Below, piece after piece: positions 57,001-64,000 of a stretch of 64,000 nucleotides of DNA (the stretch's first letter is position 1; every line of letters starts with the position of its first letter). The position numbers were made by a program, and so were the translations under genes. Origin of the DNA: Candidatus Saccharimonadales bacterium. Lineage in GTDB: Bacteria > Patescibacteriota > Saccharimonadia > QS-5-54-17. Under the pieces are notes generated by a model. That model was not told the DNA's origin. It searched no databases and worked only from the letters and a program-made list of their open reading frames with translations. The stretch lies in NCBI GenBank assembly GCA_040903985.1, contig JBBDUI010000002.1:262038-326037 (forward strand), given 5' to 3'.

Positions 57001-58330
57001 CGGTAGAGTCCTGATCCACACAAGTTGTAGCGGTTCGCACGCACATAGTTAGACCGAGAAATTCATAAGCAGCTGGATGATTACCTAAAGTATTGTTCAT
57101 ACCGAATGCAAAGGTATGATCCCCTGGCTGGAGACCATCAATTATATAGCTAGCTCCACCCTGACCCTCTTCCTGAGGTGAGCCCGGGCCGGCAGTATGA
57201 CGAATAAAAACAGAGTTTAGACCGTTATCGGTCACATGTGAACCGTCATCTTGGTGGACTACCTTGCGGCCAGTGATTAAACCGCCCGGGTCACAAGGCG
57301 AGTTATAGTTCTGACTGTCATACGGCATCCAAATCTGGATACCGTTAGTAGTAGCGACGTTACTCCAGATCCAGGTGTACTTACGGTCCATCCGAACAGT
57401 AAACTTTTCCCAGGCATACTCGTCATTACCCCCTAGCTGTGACCCTGAGAGTGAAAAGTCTTCATCCGGTACTCGATCGCCACTTTCACGATCACGGACT
57501 TCTACTCTCCAATTCAAATTATTGGGCTGATTAGAGGCACCGTAGTCAGCGTCGAACCACTTTAAGTAAGCTTCTCCATTATGTTCTTCGATGTCATCTG
57601 CATCTAAACAGCTGGTGGCGAACTCGAGTTGAAAAGTACCCGGGCCACTACCGGAGCGTTGCTGCAGAGCGAAAGATCCGTAATCGCTTCCACTCTGATT
57701 ACCGTCTGAAGGGTCTACATCATTATACTGAGTACCGTTTTGGGCTAGGTCGGCATAACCGACTATACCGCCATGGTTCAACGCCTGTACCTTAAAAGCG
57801 TTTACGCCACCACTATTAAGCCCGCCAGTGTGTAGGGCCTTTAGTAGGACTACATACTTCCCTTCACTCTCGGGTCGAATGGATTGGGTCATCGCCTCTT
57901 CCGGAATAGTGAACTCTCGATCAGGGCAGTTTGCCAGTTGACTAGAGAAATGAAAGAAAGGATTATTTTCACCTTCTCTCACTCCTAGCTCATTCACTTG
58001 AGCCCAACGAAAACTAGTCGGAGCGTTGGTATTAGTATCGACTCCGCTAGAACAGACATCACCGTTGATTAACCTGACCCTGTTACCACTGGCTTGATCA
58101 AAATAAAGCTTAAGCCATACTATCGGAGCATCAAGAGCATTTCCATTACCGTTCCTGGCTACCTCGACCCAGAAATTATTACCCCCTGGGCTGAAATCGG
58201 CCGGATTGGGCAGAATATTAACCGCATCGGCCTTGACTGGCTCGGGCTGCAAACTAACGAATGGACTAGTAAATAGACTAACCATAGCTAGAGCTAGCAA
58301 GACATCTTTTAAGTTCAGCTTAGCTTTCAT
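54008..58330 (-). CDS. 1440-aa secreted pilus-associated adhesin-like protein
   Basis: signal peptide; beta-rich S/T/N/G/Y composition with Cys pairs; C-terminal beta-helix-like region ending YDGRVVVNPPPGF. Confidence 0.75.
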   Translation of the reverse strand: MKAKLNLKDVLLALAMVSLFTSPFVSLQPEPVKADAVNILPNPADFSPGGNNFWVEVARNGNGNALDAPIVWLKLYFDQASGNRVRLINGDVCSSGVDTNTNAPTSFRWAQVNELGVREGENNPFFHFSSQLANCPDREFTIPEEAMTQSIRPESEGKYVVLLKALHTGGLNSGGVNAFKVQALNHGGIVGYADLAQNGTQYNDVDPSDGNQSGSDYGSFALQQRSGSGPGTFQLEFATSCLDADDIEEHNGEAYLKWFDADYGASNQPNNLNWRVEVRDRESGDRVPDEDFSLSGSQLGGNDEYAWEKFTVRMDRKYTWIWSNVATTNGIQIWMPYDSQNYNSPCDPGGLITGRKVVHQDDGSHVTDNGLNSVFIRHTAGPGSPQEEGQGGASYIIDGLQPGDHTFAFGMNNTLGNHPAAYEFLGLTMCVRTATTCVDQDSTVAYHNAAGHLQQNSITINVPNDSVEHYVSVWWHFERLAALPEAADHRIYGATTVDIPQAYVRDNEQFQINVLAYLWPNAGILDRGDDNNTNLWLAGIYGDDRGDSMGIGDQSSNAHPQTWTSFNLAAEANCPTPEAGLCRKRVPAAYVPQSDGTGVATTNTKDGSTTPGGNNWRSIRDESLGSQSSSQVTSCGNYTTSYNRYCGGVASGLNSNVGGFQGNRINNIEMSNIHIEGRGMSGLLAEGGLQGPIDRDLLQQPLLFPTDNSQSTLPRQSQGPDSGPAWDNIREPSTGLLNVTETSPNQTFPNVTSSGGVGNFVYDPQNIGTDYTAADRIYASGTAVSLLQDGQDNSNPPYDNPNEPLTYTASLDSIDRVDLQWDEYVDWSQVDDKGHWYTNQARRATGVDRGPRGGTTSTSVNRIQLTNYGSRQVTAYHWRCVHSNTGSSHTHSYSSIGSNPNNHHTGSWNCFRTGTSYTSTSTYCVGNTSVAYRNNSLNYYNDSTQSRYGWRNTQTTTQQMPYGGNGGNASSAFYSSYSTTPTWGRVGVTNFWQDSGVTNMSNSASSQKPSHFNRWIYNTSDPAYNNRHIFSQSITPSFRDDWYKTGSSCITRYPNGSHTTFTTTVSVASYYPSAKRIYEDTSSSAINGHVYGKYGNAATYDGNSDGLVDVGWSWASNLQRVRYEQTYTNRERKLGPRYRSGTGDERLYGTDPTRATLAGRGLATIYNPIVDVSAADVFSGGNLHSYFQDSQANSAFLFSNSQIINFRNQSRSFEDYNINPNRDRVGAFYPDGEDPVNYVFQDYQALVNTAADTCSIPNNLERASAQKSDNVFYCDGDLNLSSHTFTGGAGTIIVDGDLYITDNVSYNTALVNDRDILPSAGFIVTGNIYISPNVTSISGSYFANGCFNSGSLLLTDTSNRSCAQPVGNSNRILDDSPLSINGLVIANNFILARQPSGASNRLGNGAEQFFYDGRVVVNPPPGFSRIFTADAVWNDTVPRN

Positions 58331-58892
58331 CGAGAATACCCTCGAGCTCAGCGACTCTCGCTTGAGCCTGAGCTACCAAATAGTTACTCTCGCCAGTATC
58401 GACTGCCTCAGGTTCTGCCTGGGGTTCTAACAGCTCAATGTACCGCCGCTGGTAGTCTAGCTCCAGGGCAAACTGCTCTGTCTTTCGGGCAAGCTCGATC
58501 ACTCCGCTGACCACAAACTCACTCTCTGTTAGACCGAGCTCTTCGGCTCCTTGATAACACTCGAGAGCAGCTGCATAATCTCCCTGTTCAAAGTATAGTC
58601 GGCCCAGCTCAGCCAGAAGGTAGCTTCGCTCCTCCGCTTGAGCGGTCTCCGTCTGGGCTGTATTCAATAGCTCGATTGCTCCGTCTAAATCACCAGCTGA
58701 CCGTAGCTGTAGTGCCGTATCGATCTGTCTCTCGAAATCCGCTAATACAGCTGTATCCTGACCACCGTCCAGCACCGGCGCAGATTCGCTGTAGCGGCTA
58801 TATAGCCCGTAGCCAGCCACACCGATAAGCACTACTATAGCCACACTGACTAGTATTATTTTGGATCTAATTATTTGTTTGATATCAGGCAT
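58320..58892 (-). CDS. membrane-anchored TPR protein
   Basis: LAELGRLYFEQGDYAAALECY TPR. Confidence 0.75.
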   Translation of the reverse strand: MPDIKQIIRSKIILVSVAIVVLIGVAGYGLYSRYSESAPVLDGGQDTAVLADFERQIDTALQLRSAGDLDGAIELLNTAQTETAQAEERSYLLAELGRLYFEQGDYAAALECYQGAEELGLTESEFVVSGVIELARKTEQFALELDYQRRYIELLEPQAEPEAVDTGESNYLVAQAQARVAELEGILDES

Positions 58893-58981
58893 GCCATGAA
58901 CTATTCATTTTACTTTTAAGCTTATCCTTAAATATAGAGTTATTATGGGGTAATTGCAAGGTAGAAGACCGACCGGAATGA

Positions 58982-59620
58982 TTACGCTTCAAGGCTATCC
59001 TCTAGGGTCTCTACTCGGCGTTCTATCTCCTTTATCAGGTCAGGGTCAGTGGCCTCAACTGCGCCGGAGATATCGAGGTAGCGACGATAAGTAGCCAGAG
59101 CTTTCTCCGACTCACCCGTTCGCTCCGCTAACCGTCCCACTTCCAGTAAAGCTCTCGCAAGCTCGAACTGCGTCTGGGCCTCGGCGTGAGCTATCTCGAA
59201 TTGACGAAGCGCCAGCTCGTTCTTCTCTAACCCGCTATAGATTAAGCCGAGCTCGTAGTGTAGTTCATGTAACCAGTCTATATCCCGCCCTCGTTTAGTC
59301 TCGTTCTCAAGCAGAGTAATCGCAGCAAAGGTATCCCCTGAGTTAACCCGACGATAAGCCTCCCGCAGGACAGAATCAAGTGAAGCACCTGTCTGCTCAC
59401 TCGCTTCCGTCGACAGTTGAGCTGTCGTATAGAGACGACCTACCACAACGGCAGCTGCTAAGAGGAGCACAGCACCTAAAGTGAGTAATGTCGGACGGCC
59501 GATACGTGAGAACCTCTTACCGACCGACTTTAACTTGTCTGCAGAAGCTAACTTGGGTAGCCTAATACGCTTATACCCTTTAACTAACGTTTGGAATCTC
59601 TGTTTCAGCTTCATAAACAC
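58982..59620 (-). CDS. membrane-anchored TPR protein
   Basis: YELGLIY...ALRQFE; GESEKALATYRRYL. Confidence 0.75.
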   Translation of the reverse strand: MFMKLKQRFQTLVKGYKRIRLPKLASADKLKSVGKRFSRIGRPTLLTLGAVLLLAAAVVVGRLYTTAQLSTEASEQTGASLDSVLREAYRRVNSGDTFAAITLLENETKRGRDIDWLHELHYELGLIYSGLEKNELALRQFEIAHAEAQTQFELARALLEVGRLAERTGESEKALATYRRYLDISGAVEATDPDLIKEIERRVETLEDSLEA

Positions 59621-59705
59621 ATCACGAGGTTAGGTTTTATACTTAAGCGTTATTCTAGCCCAACAGATTGCCCAATAGCAAGCAGATAGGCTAGAATAAA
59701 CAGAT

Positions 59706-60821
59706 ATGAGTCTATCTATCGGAATCGTCGGACTGCCTAATGTGGGCAAGTCCACGCTCTTCAACGCGCTTACTAGTAATAACGCCCTAGCGGCCAACTA
59801 CCCCTTCGCCACCATCGAGCCAAACGTCGGTGTCGTGGGCGTGCCGGATGAGCGCTTGGATAAACTCGCCGGAGTCTACCCTGGAGCACCGATTGTACCG
59901 GCCGATGTCCATTTCACCGATATCGCCGGCCTGGTGTCCGGGGCCAGTACCGGTGAGGGATTAGGCAATCAGTTCCTCGCTAACATTCGTGAAACCGGCG
60001 CCATCGCCCACGTCGTGCGCACCTTTGCCGATAGCAACGTTACTCATGTGGCAGAAGATATCGATCCCGAACGTGACATCTCCACTATAAACACCGAGCT
60101 CGTCTTAGCCGATCTCGCTAGCGTCGAAAAAAGACTACGCTCGATAGCCAAGGCAGCCCGAGCTCAGCCGGCACTCAAGCGGGATATAACTATATTAGAA
60201 GAACTGTATCAAGCACTTGATAACGGGAAATTGATCACAAATTTTGTTCAAAATGGTGATGTAGGATTATACCTTGAAAAAGCCAAAGTTAGTCATGATA
60301 CTCAAATTTTAGTCACTCAACTACTAACCGCTAAACCGATGCTCTACGTCTTCAACATTGATGAGCAGACTCTAACCAACGCCGCTAAAATGGCTAAACT
60401 GAGTGCCCTGGTTAGCCCTAGCCTAGCGGTCTTCATCTGCGCCCAAATCGAGGCCGAACTACAAGGACTAAGCGCAGAAGATGCTCGGGAAATGCTACAA
60501 GAATACGGTCAGCATGAATCCGGACTGAGTAAGTTAATTCACGCCGGCTTCGGCGCTCTAGGCTTGCAAAGCTTCTTTACAGCCGGTGAAAAAGAAGTCC
60601 GGGCTTGGACTATCCCCCAGGCGGCTACCGCCCCTCAAGCAGCCGGAGCCATCCACACCGACTTTGAGCGTGGCTTTATCGCCGCTGAGATCATCAACTG
60701 GGAAGACCTAGTAACGGCCGGCTCACGTGCGGCGGCCCGAACTAGCGGTAAACTCCGCACCGAAGGCAAAGACTACCAAATGCAGGATGGTGACGTAGCA
60801 GAGTTCCGCTTCAACATCTAG
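59706..60821 (+). CDS. ychF: redox-regulated ATPase YchF
   Basis: GIVGLPNVGKSTLFNALT, DIAGLV, IHTDFERGFI, EGKDYQMQDGD. Confidence 0.96.
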   Translation: MSLSIGIVGLPNVGKSTLFNALTSNNALAANYPFATIEPNVGVVGVPDERLDKLAGVYPGAPIVPADVHFTDIAGLVSGASTGEGLGNQFLANIRETGAIAHVVRTFADSNVTHVAEDIDPERDISTINTELVLADLASVEKRLRSIAKAARAQPALKRDITILEELYQALDNGKLITNFVQNGDVGLYLEKAKVSHDTQILVTQLLTAKPMLYVFNIDEQTLTNAAKMAKLSALVSPSLAVFICAQIEAELQGLSAEDAREMLQEYGQHESGLSKLIHAGFGALGLQSFFTAGEKEVRAWTIPQAATAPQAAGAIHTDFERGFIAAEIINWEDLVTAGSRAAARTSGKLRTEGKDYQMQDGDVAEFRFNI

Positions 60822-60890
60822 CCCTCCACTTCACGCAATCGCTCCATATAATAAAATTACAGTTAATTGTATGTTCGGGTGGGTTAAGAC

Positions 60891-61616
60891 TTAAGTAGCT
60901 GGCTTTATAAGGTAGAAGCGCTCGATATTACCTTTAGCTCCGGCTACGGCGGAGTCGGCCTTATCTATGACTATGAATCCATGTTGCTTCAGCCAGAGCT
61001 CAAACTCCTTAAGGATCCGCCGCCGAATAGTATCGTTCTTAATCACCCCTTTGTGCTTACTGGCCTCAGCGACCCCTGCCTCAAACTGTGGCTTACACAT
61101 AGCCATAATTATACCTTGCGGTGCTACAAACCTAGCGATATAGGGTAGGACTTGTCGCAAGGATATAAATGAGACATCGATAACGACGATATCGACTGTT
61201 TCTGGCAACTGAGCTACCCGAATATCGGTCTGCTCCATCACTACTACGCGTGAATTAGCTCGAATTCGCTCGTGCAGCTGGTTAGTCCCGACATCGACCG
61301 CATAGACTTTTGTAGCACCCTGTTGCAAGGCATAGTCACTAAAACCACCGGTAGAGGAGCCGACATCTAGCACCGTTTTTCTCTTAAAGTCTACTCCAAA
61401 CTTAGCGTTAACCGAAGCCAGCTTAAGTCCAGCCCGGGAAACATACTGCATGGCCGCCTCCAGGCTGAGATCGGCCCCTGCATCTGTCTGCCAACCCGGC
61501 TTGTCTCGTCGTACCCCATCCACCCGGACCTTGCCGGCCATAATCAGCGCTGCTGCTTGAGTGCGTGATTCAGCTAGGCCACACTGGTGCACTAGATGGT
61601 CCAGACGTATCTTCAT
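60891..61616 (-). CDS. tlyA: TlyA family rRNA methyltransferase
   Basis: S4 domain, YVSRAGLKL, DVGSSTGGF, DVSFISL, KPQFE. Confidence 0.93.
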   Translation of the reverse strand: MKIRLDHLVHQCGLAESRTQAAALIMAGKVRVDGVRRDKPGWQTDAGADLSLEAAMQYVSRAGLKLASVNAKFGVDFKRKTVLDVGSSTGGFSDYALQQGATKVYAVDVGTNQLHERIRANSRVVVMEQTDIRVAQLPETVDIVVIDVSFISLRQVLPYIARFVAPQGIIMAMCKPQFEAGVAEASKHKGVIKNDTIRRRILKEFELWLKQHGFIVIDKADSAVAGAKGNIERFYLIKPAT

Positions 61617-61621
61617 GCTCC

Positions 61622-62179
61622 CTACACCCGCTCGATGTAAGTACCAGTCCTAGTATCGATCCGGATCGTATCTCCTGCTGCGATAAAAAGCGGCACCTGG
61701 ATATCGGCCCCAGTTTCAATCCGGCAACCCTTCATCACACTACCAGCACTGTCACCCTTAACGTTAGGATCAGCGCTCTCCACCACCACTTCCACCTTAA
61801 TCGGTAGCTCCACTCCAGCCAACTCGTCGTTGATGTAGAGCAACTTCACTTCCTGTCCCTCCTGGAGATAGACCAGCTCTTCCACTACATTTTCTCGGTC
61901 CAAGCCGGTCTGCTCATAAGTATCGAGTCGCATAAAATGAGCTAACGCACCATCGCTATAGAGGTACTGGGCGGCAACTGGCTCTAAGTGAGCCGAAGCT
62001 ATCTTTTCATTGCCCTTAAAGGTCTTGCTTAGAGTCGAGCCGTCGCGCAGATTCTTTAATTTTGTCCGCACTACCGCCCCTCCTCGCCCCATACTGGCAT
62101 GGTCATAGCTCAACACTCGGTAGACGCTCCCGTCGAGCTCGATTAAAGTTCCTTTTTTTAGATCGGTAATACTATACAT
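61622..62179 (-). CDS. efp: elongation factor P
   Basis: MGRGGAVVRTKLKNL, QYLY, VPLFI, DTRTGTYIER. Confidence 0.95.
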   Translation of the reverse strand: MYSITDLKKGTLIELDGSVYRVLSYDHASMGRGGAVVRTKLKNLRDGSTLSKTFKGNEKIASAHLEPVAAQYLYSDGALAHFMRLDTYEQTGLDRENVVEELVYLQEGQEVKLLYINDELAGVELPIKVEVVVESADPNVKGDSAGSVMKGCRIETGADIQVPLFIAAGDTIRIDTRTGTYIERV

Positions 62180-62205
62180 GGCAGATTAACTGCGCTCCAG
62201 AGCAA

Positions 62206-62400
62206 TTACTCGGCTACAAACGGTAGTAGTGCTATATGGCGGGCGCGTTTAACAGCTTGGGATAGATCGTTCTGCATCTTTGCGCTCAAACCGGTCTTGC
62301 GGCGTGGCTCGATCTGACCAAACATGTTGGTGTAGCGCTGCAATGTTTTGACATCTTTATAGTCAAATACTTTGGGTGCTCTTCCGTGCTTCTTCGGCAT
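62206..62400 (-). CDS. rpsR: 30S ribosomal protein S18
   Basis: DYKDVKTL...GQI.PRRKTG...[12 protein letters not shown]. Confidence 0.95.
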   Translation of the reverse strand: MPKKHGRAPKVFDYKDVKTLQRYTNMFGQIEPRRKTGLSAKMQNDLSQAVKRARHIALLPFVAE

Positions 62401-62445
62401 ATTTATCTCCTTGTTTAAGTTAAATCTTCTATCTTCTTAGGTCGA

Positions 62446-62904
62446 TTAGAAAGGTATCTCACTGAGATCGACGTCGTCATCCTGGTCTTCGATCTGGGCA
62501 CTCTTCTTCGGGGCCGAGCTGGCTTTAGCCTTGCTGCCACTCTCCGCTGCATCGCCTCCACCTTCACTACTAGGGCCATCGAGGAAATTGATGTCGCTAG
62601 CTACGATCTCGGTACGATAGTTCTTCTTCCCATCATCACCATCCCAAGATCGAGTTTGCAAACGGCCTACGATCATGACTCGCCGTCCCTTACTTAGATA
62701 CTGGTCGGCTAGCTCAGCTAGTTTTGCCCAGGCTACTACGTTATGAAAGTCGGCCTGTTCTTGCTGATCACCGTTCTGGTCGGTCCAGACTCGGTTGGTT
62801 GCTACGGCAAAAGAGGCTACAGCACGACCACCAGAGGTGGTGCGTAACTCAGGATCCCGAGCCATATTACCTACGATTATTACTTGGTTGAAACTACGCG
62901 CCAT
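62446..62904 (-). CDS. ssb: single-stranded DNA-binding protein
   Basis: MARSFNQVIIVGNMARDPE...GRLQTRSW...EIPF; start at ATG 62904. Confidence 0.96.
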   Translation of the reverse strand: MARSFNQVIIVGNMARDPELRTTSGGRAVASFAVATNRVWTDQNGDQQEQADFHNVVAWAKLAELADQYLSKGRRVMIVGRLQTRSWDGDDGKKNYRTEIVASDINFLDGPSSEGGGDAAESGSKAKASSAPKKSAQIEDQDDDVDLSEIPF

Positions 62905-63250
62905 CCTCATCCTCCTTATCCTTATCCTTAGTCTCTCGCTTATCCTCCCGCACCTCTTCTTCCGCTGGTGGTTCATAAACCACCACCTGGTGGCGTAAGA
63001 CCTCATCGCTAAGACGTAAAGCTCGCTCTAACTCGGCCACTTTGCTCGTATCGAGGTCGATTACAAAGAATAAATAGACGGCAAAGGTCTGATTCTTAAT
63101 CGGATAAGCTAGCTTACGCTTGCCCCAGTTATCACGTTTCACTACCTTCGCATCGACGCCATTTAGAATGTCGTCCAGCCGCTTAAGTGGTGCCTCGAGA
63201 TCGATCTCGAGATCCGGATGCAGTAAAACTGCTATTTCGTATTGGTTCAT
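62894..63250 (-). CDS. rpsF: 30S ribosomal protein S6
   Basis: MNQYE...WGKRKLAYPIK...VLRH; AGGAG SD. Confidence 0.95.
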   Translation of the reverse strand: MNQYEIAVLLHPDLEIDLEAPLKRLDDILNGVDAKVVKRDNWGKRKLAYPIKNQTFAVYLFFVIDLDTSKVAELERALRLSDEVLRHQVVVYEPPAEEEVREDKRETKDKDKEDEDGA

Positions 63251-63275
63251 CACCAACTCCTCTCTTTGGACTCCG

Positions 63276-63577
63276 CCCCGCACTTGAAAACGTTAACGAA
63301 AGCCAAGCCGTTTCTTGAGCTCGACTAAACCACGACCGTAACGCTTTAGTTCGCGTTCTCGCTCTAAAGCCAGGGCTTTCGATGGGAACGCTTCGTAATA
63401 GACGAGCTCCCATGGAATGCCACTCTTAGTCGCTTTACTGCGACCTAGGTTGTGTTGTTTGAATCGCTGCTTGAGATCTGCCGTGGAGCCGATATAAAAA
63501 GACTCATCTTTCTGACTCTGCAACAGGTACACAATAGTACATGAAGCGATTCTAACATAACGTTTTCAGGTGCGGGG
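63276..63577 (-). mobile_element. 302-bp GIY-YIG element with 20-bp terminal inverted repeats in the rpsF leader
   Basis: CCCCGCACTTGAAAACGTTA (63276-63295) / TAACGTTTTCAGGTGCGGGG (63558-63577), 19/20 complementary. Confidence 0.8.
63293..63542 (-). CDS. small GIY-YIG nuclease, paralog of the rnpB-nested ORF; +1 frameshift after codon 3 (possible pseudogene, or GTG start at 63532)
   Basis: 61/79 aa identical to 19471-19719 by manual alignment; reads ATG TAC TAT T GTG TAC CTG. Confidence 0.8.
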
Positions 63578-63629
63578 AGAAAGGTTAACTTTATATCCAG
63601 CCTATTATACCAGATATCCGCCCCATAAC

Positions 63630-64000
63630 TCAATCTGTTCTCTCTGGCGCCTCAGCTACCCGCACCGTACGCTCTTCCGTCGTGGTCCGCCCCATACTAC
63701 TCCGAGCAACCAGCGTGAAGGTATAGGTACCTTCATCTAGGGTAACCTGATGACTAAAGCTACCGTCGTCCGCGACTATAATCGGCTGGCCGTCAATCGT
63801 CACCTCACTACCTAGACTGGTAGTGCCAGTAATAACGATCTCTCGGCTATAAATGGTCTGATCCTGAGTCGGAAACTCCACATGGAGCTGCGGGTTACCG
63901 GCCAGCAGAAGAACTTGCCAGATAATGTAGGCGATAACAGCAGCAATACCCAGCAAAATACTAGCCTGCTTGATTAGACTGGTAGTAACTATCGGTGCAC
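63630..64000 (-). CDS. C-terminal part of a membrane protein with an Ig-like domain (probably RodZ-like HTH protein); N-terminus outside the window
   Basis: TM then P.L.V..P...ITGTT...VTIDG...DGSF...LDEG. Confidence 0.6.
   Translation of the reverse strand, partial: APIVTTSLIKQASILLGIAAVIAYIIWQVLLLAGNPQLHVEFPTQDQTIYSREIVITGTTSLGSEVTIDGQPIIVADDGSFSHQVTLDEGTYTFTLVARSSMGRTTTEERTVRVAEAPERTD

Noticed and set aside
1-64000. CRISPR array, DGR/retron, prophage, or alternative genetic code 25
   Set aside because: No regularly spaced repeats, RT, cas or phage structural genes; TGA serves as a stop and core genes are uninterrupted under code 11

Overview
A 64-kb chromosomal segment of a small-genome bacterium, most likely Patescibacteria/CPR and Saccharibacteria-like. 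This assignment is inferred from gene content: a type IV pilus cluster, MurT/GatD, a GH37 trehalase, compact translation genes and standard code 11. It holds housekeeping genes (argS, smpB, infC-rpmI-rplT, rpmB, miaA, thrS, nrdR, rplY, ndk, uppP, ychF, tlyA, efp, rpsF-ssb-rpsR), six tRNAs, tmRNA, RNase P RNA, a probable 6S RNA and an ~18-kb type IV pilus/adhesin locus. Two small AT-richer islets sit at the 3' ends of tmRNA (HEPN-motif gene) and tRNA-Asp (HopA1-like gene). The most notable signal is a family of compact palindromic elements, CCCCGCACCTGAAAA...TTTTCAGGTGCGGGG, present three times. A 299-bp copy carrying a small GIY-YIG nuclease ORF forms helix P3 of the RNase P RNA. A 130-bp ORF-less copy forms helix P12 of the same RNA. 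A 302-bp GIY-YIG copy lies in the hairpin leader of rpsF. The inverted repeats covary between copies, include the nuclease stop codon and show no target duplication. This suggests a minimal mobile element that inserts into RNA stem-loops and rebuilds them. Several orphan structured-RNA candidates and many leaderless gene starts are also visible. All calls come from reading the sequence by eye; no searches were run.
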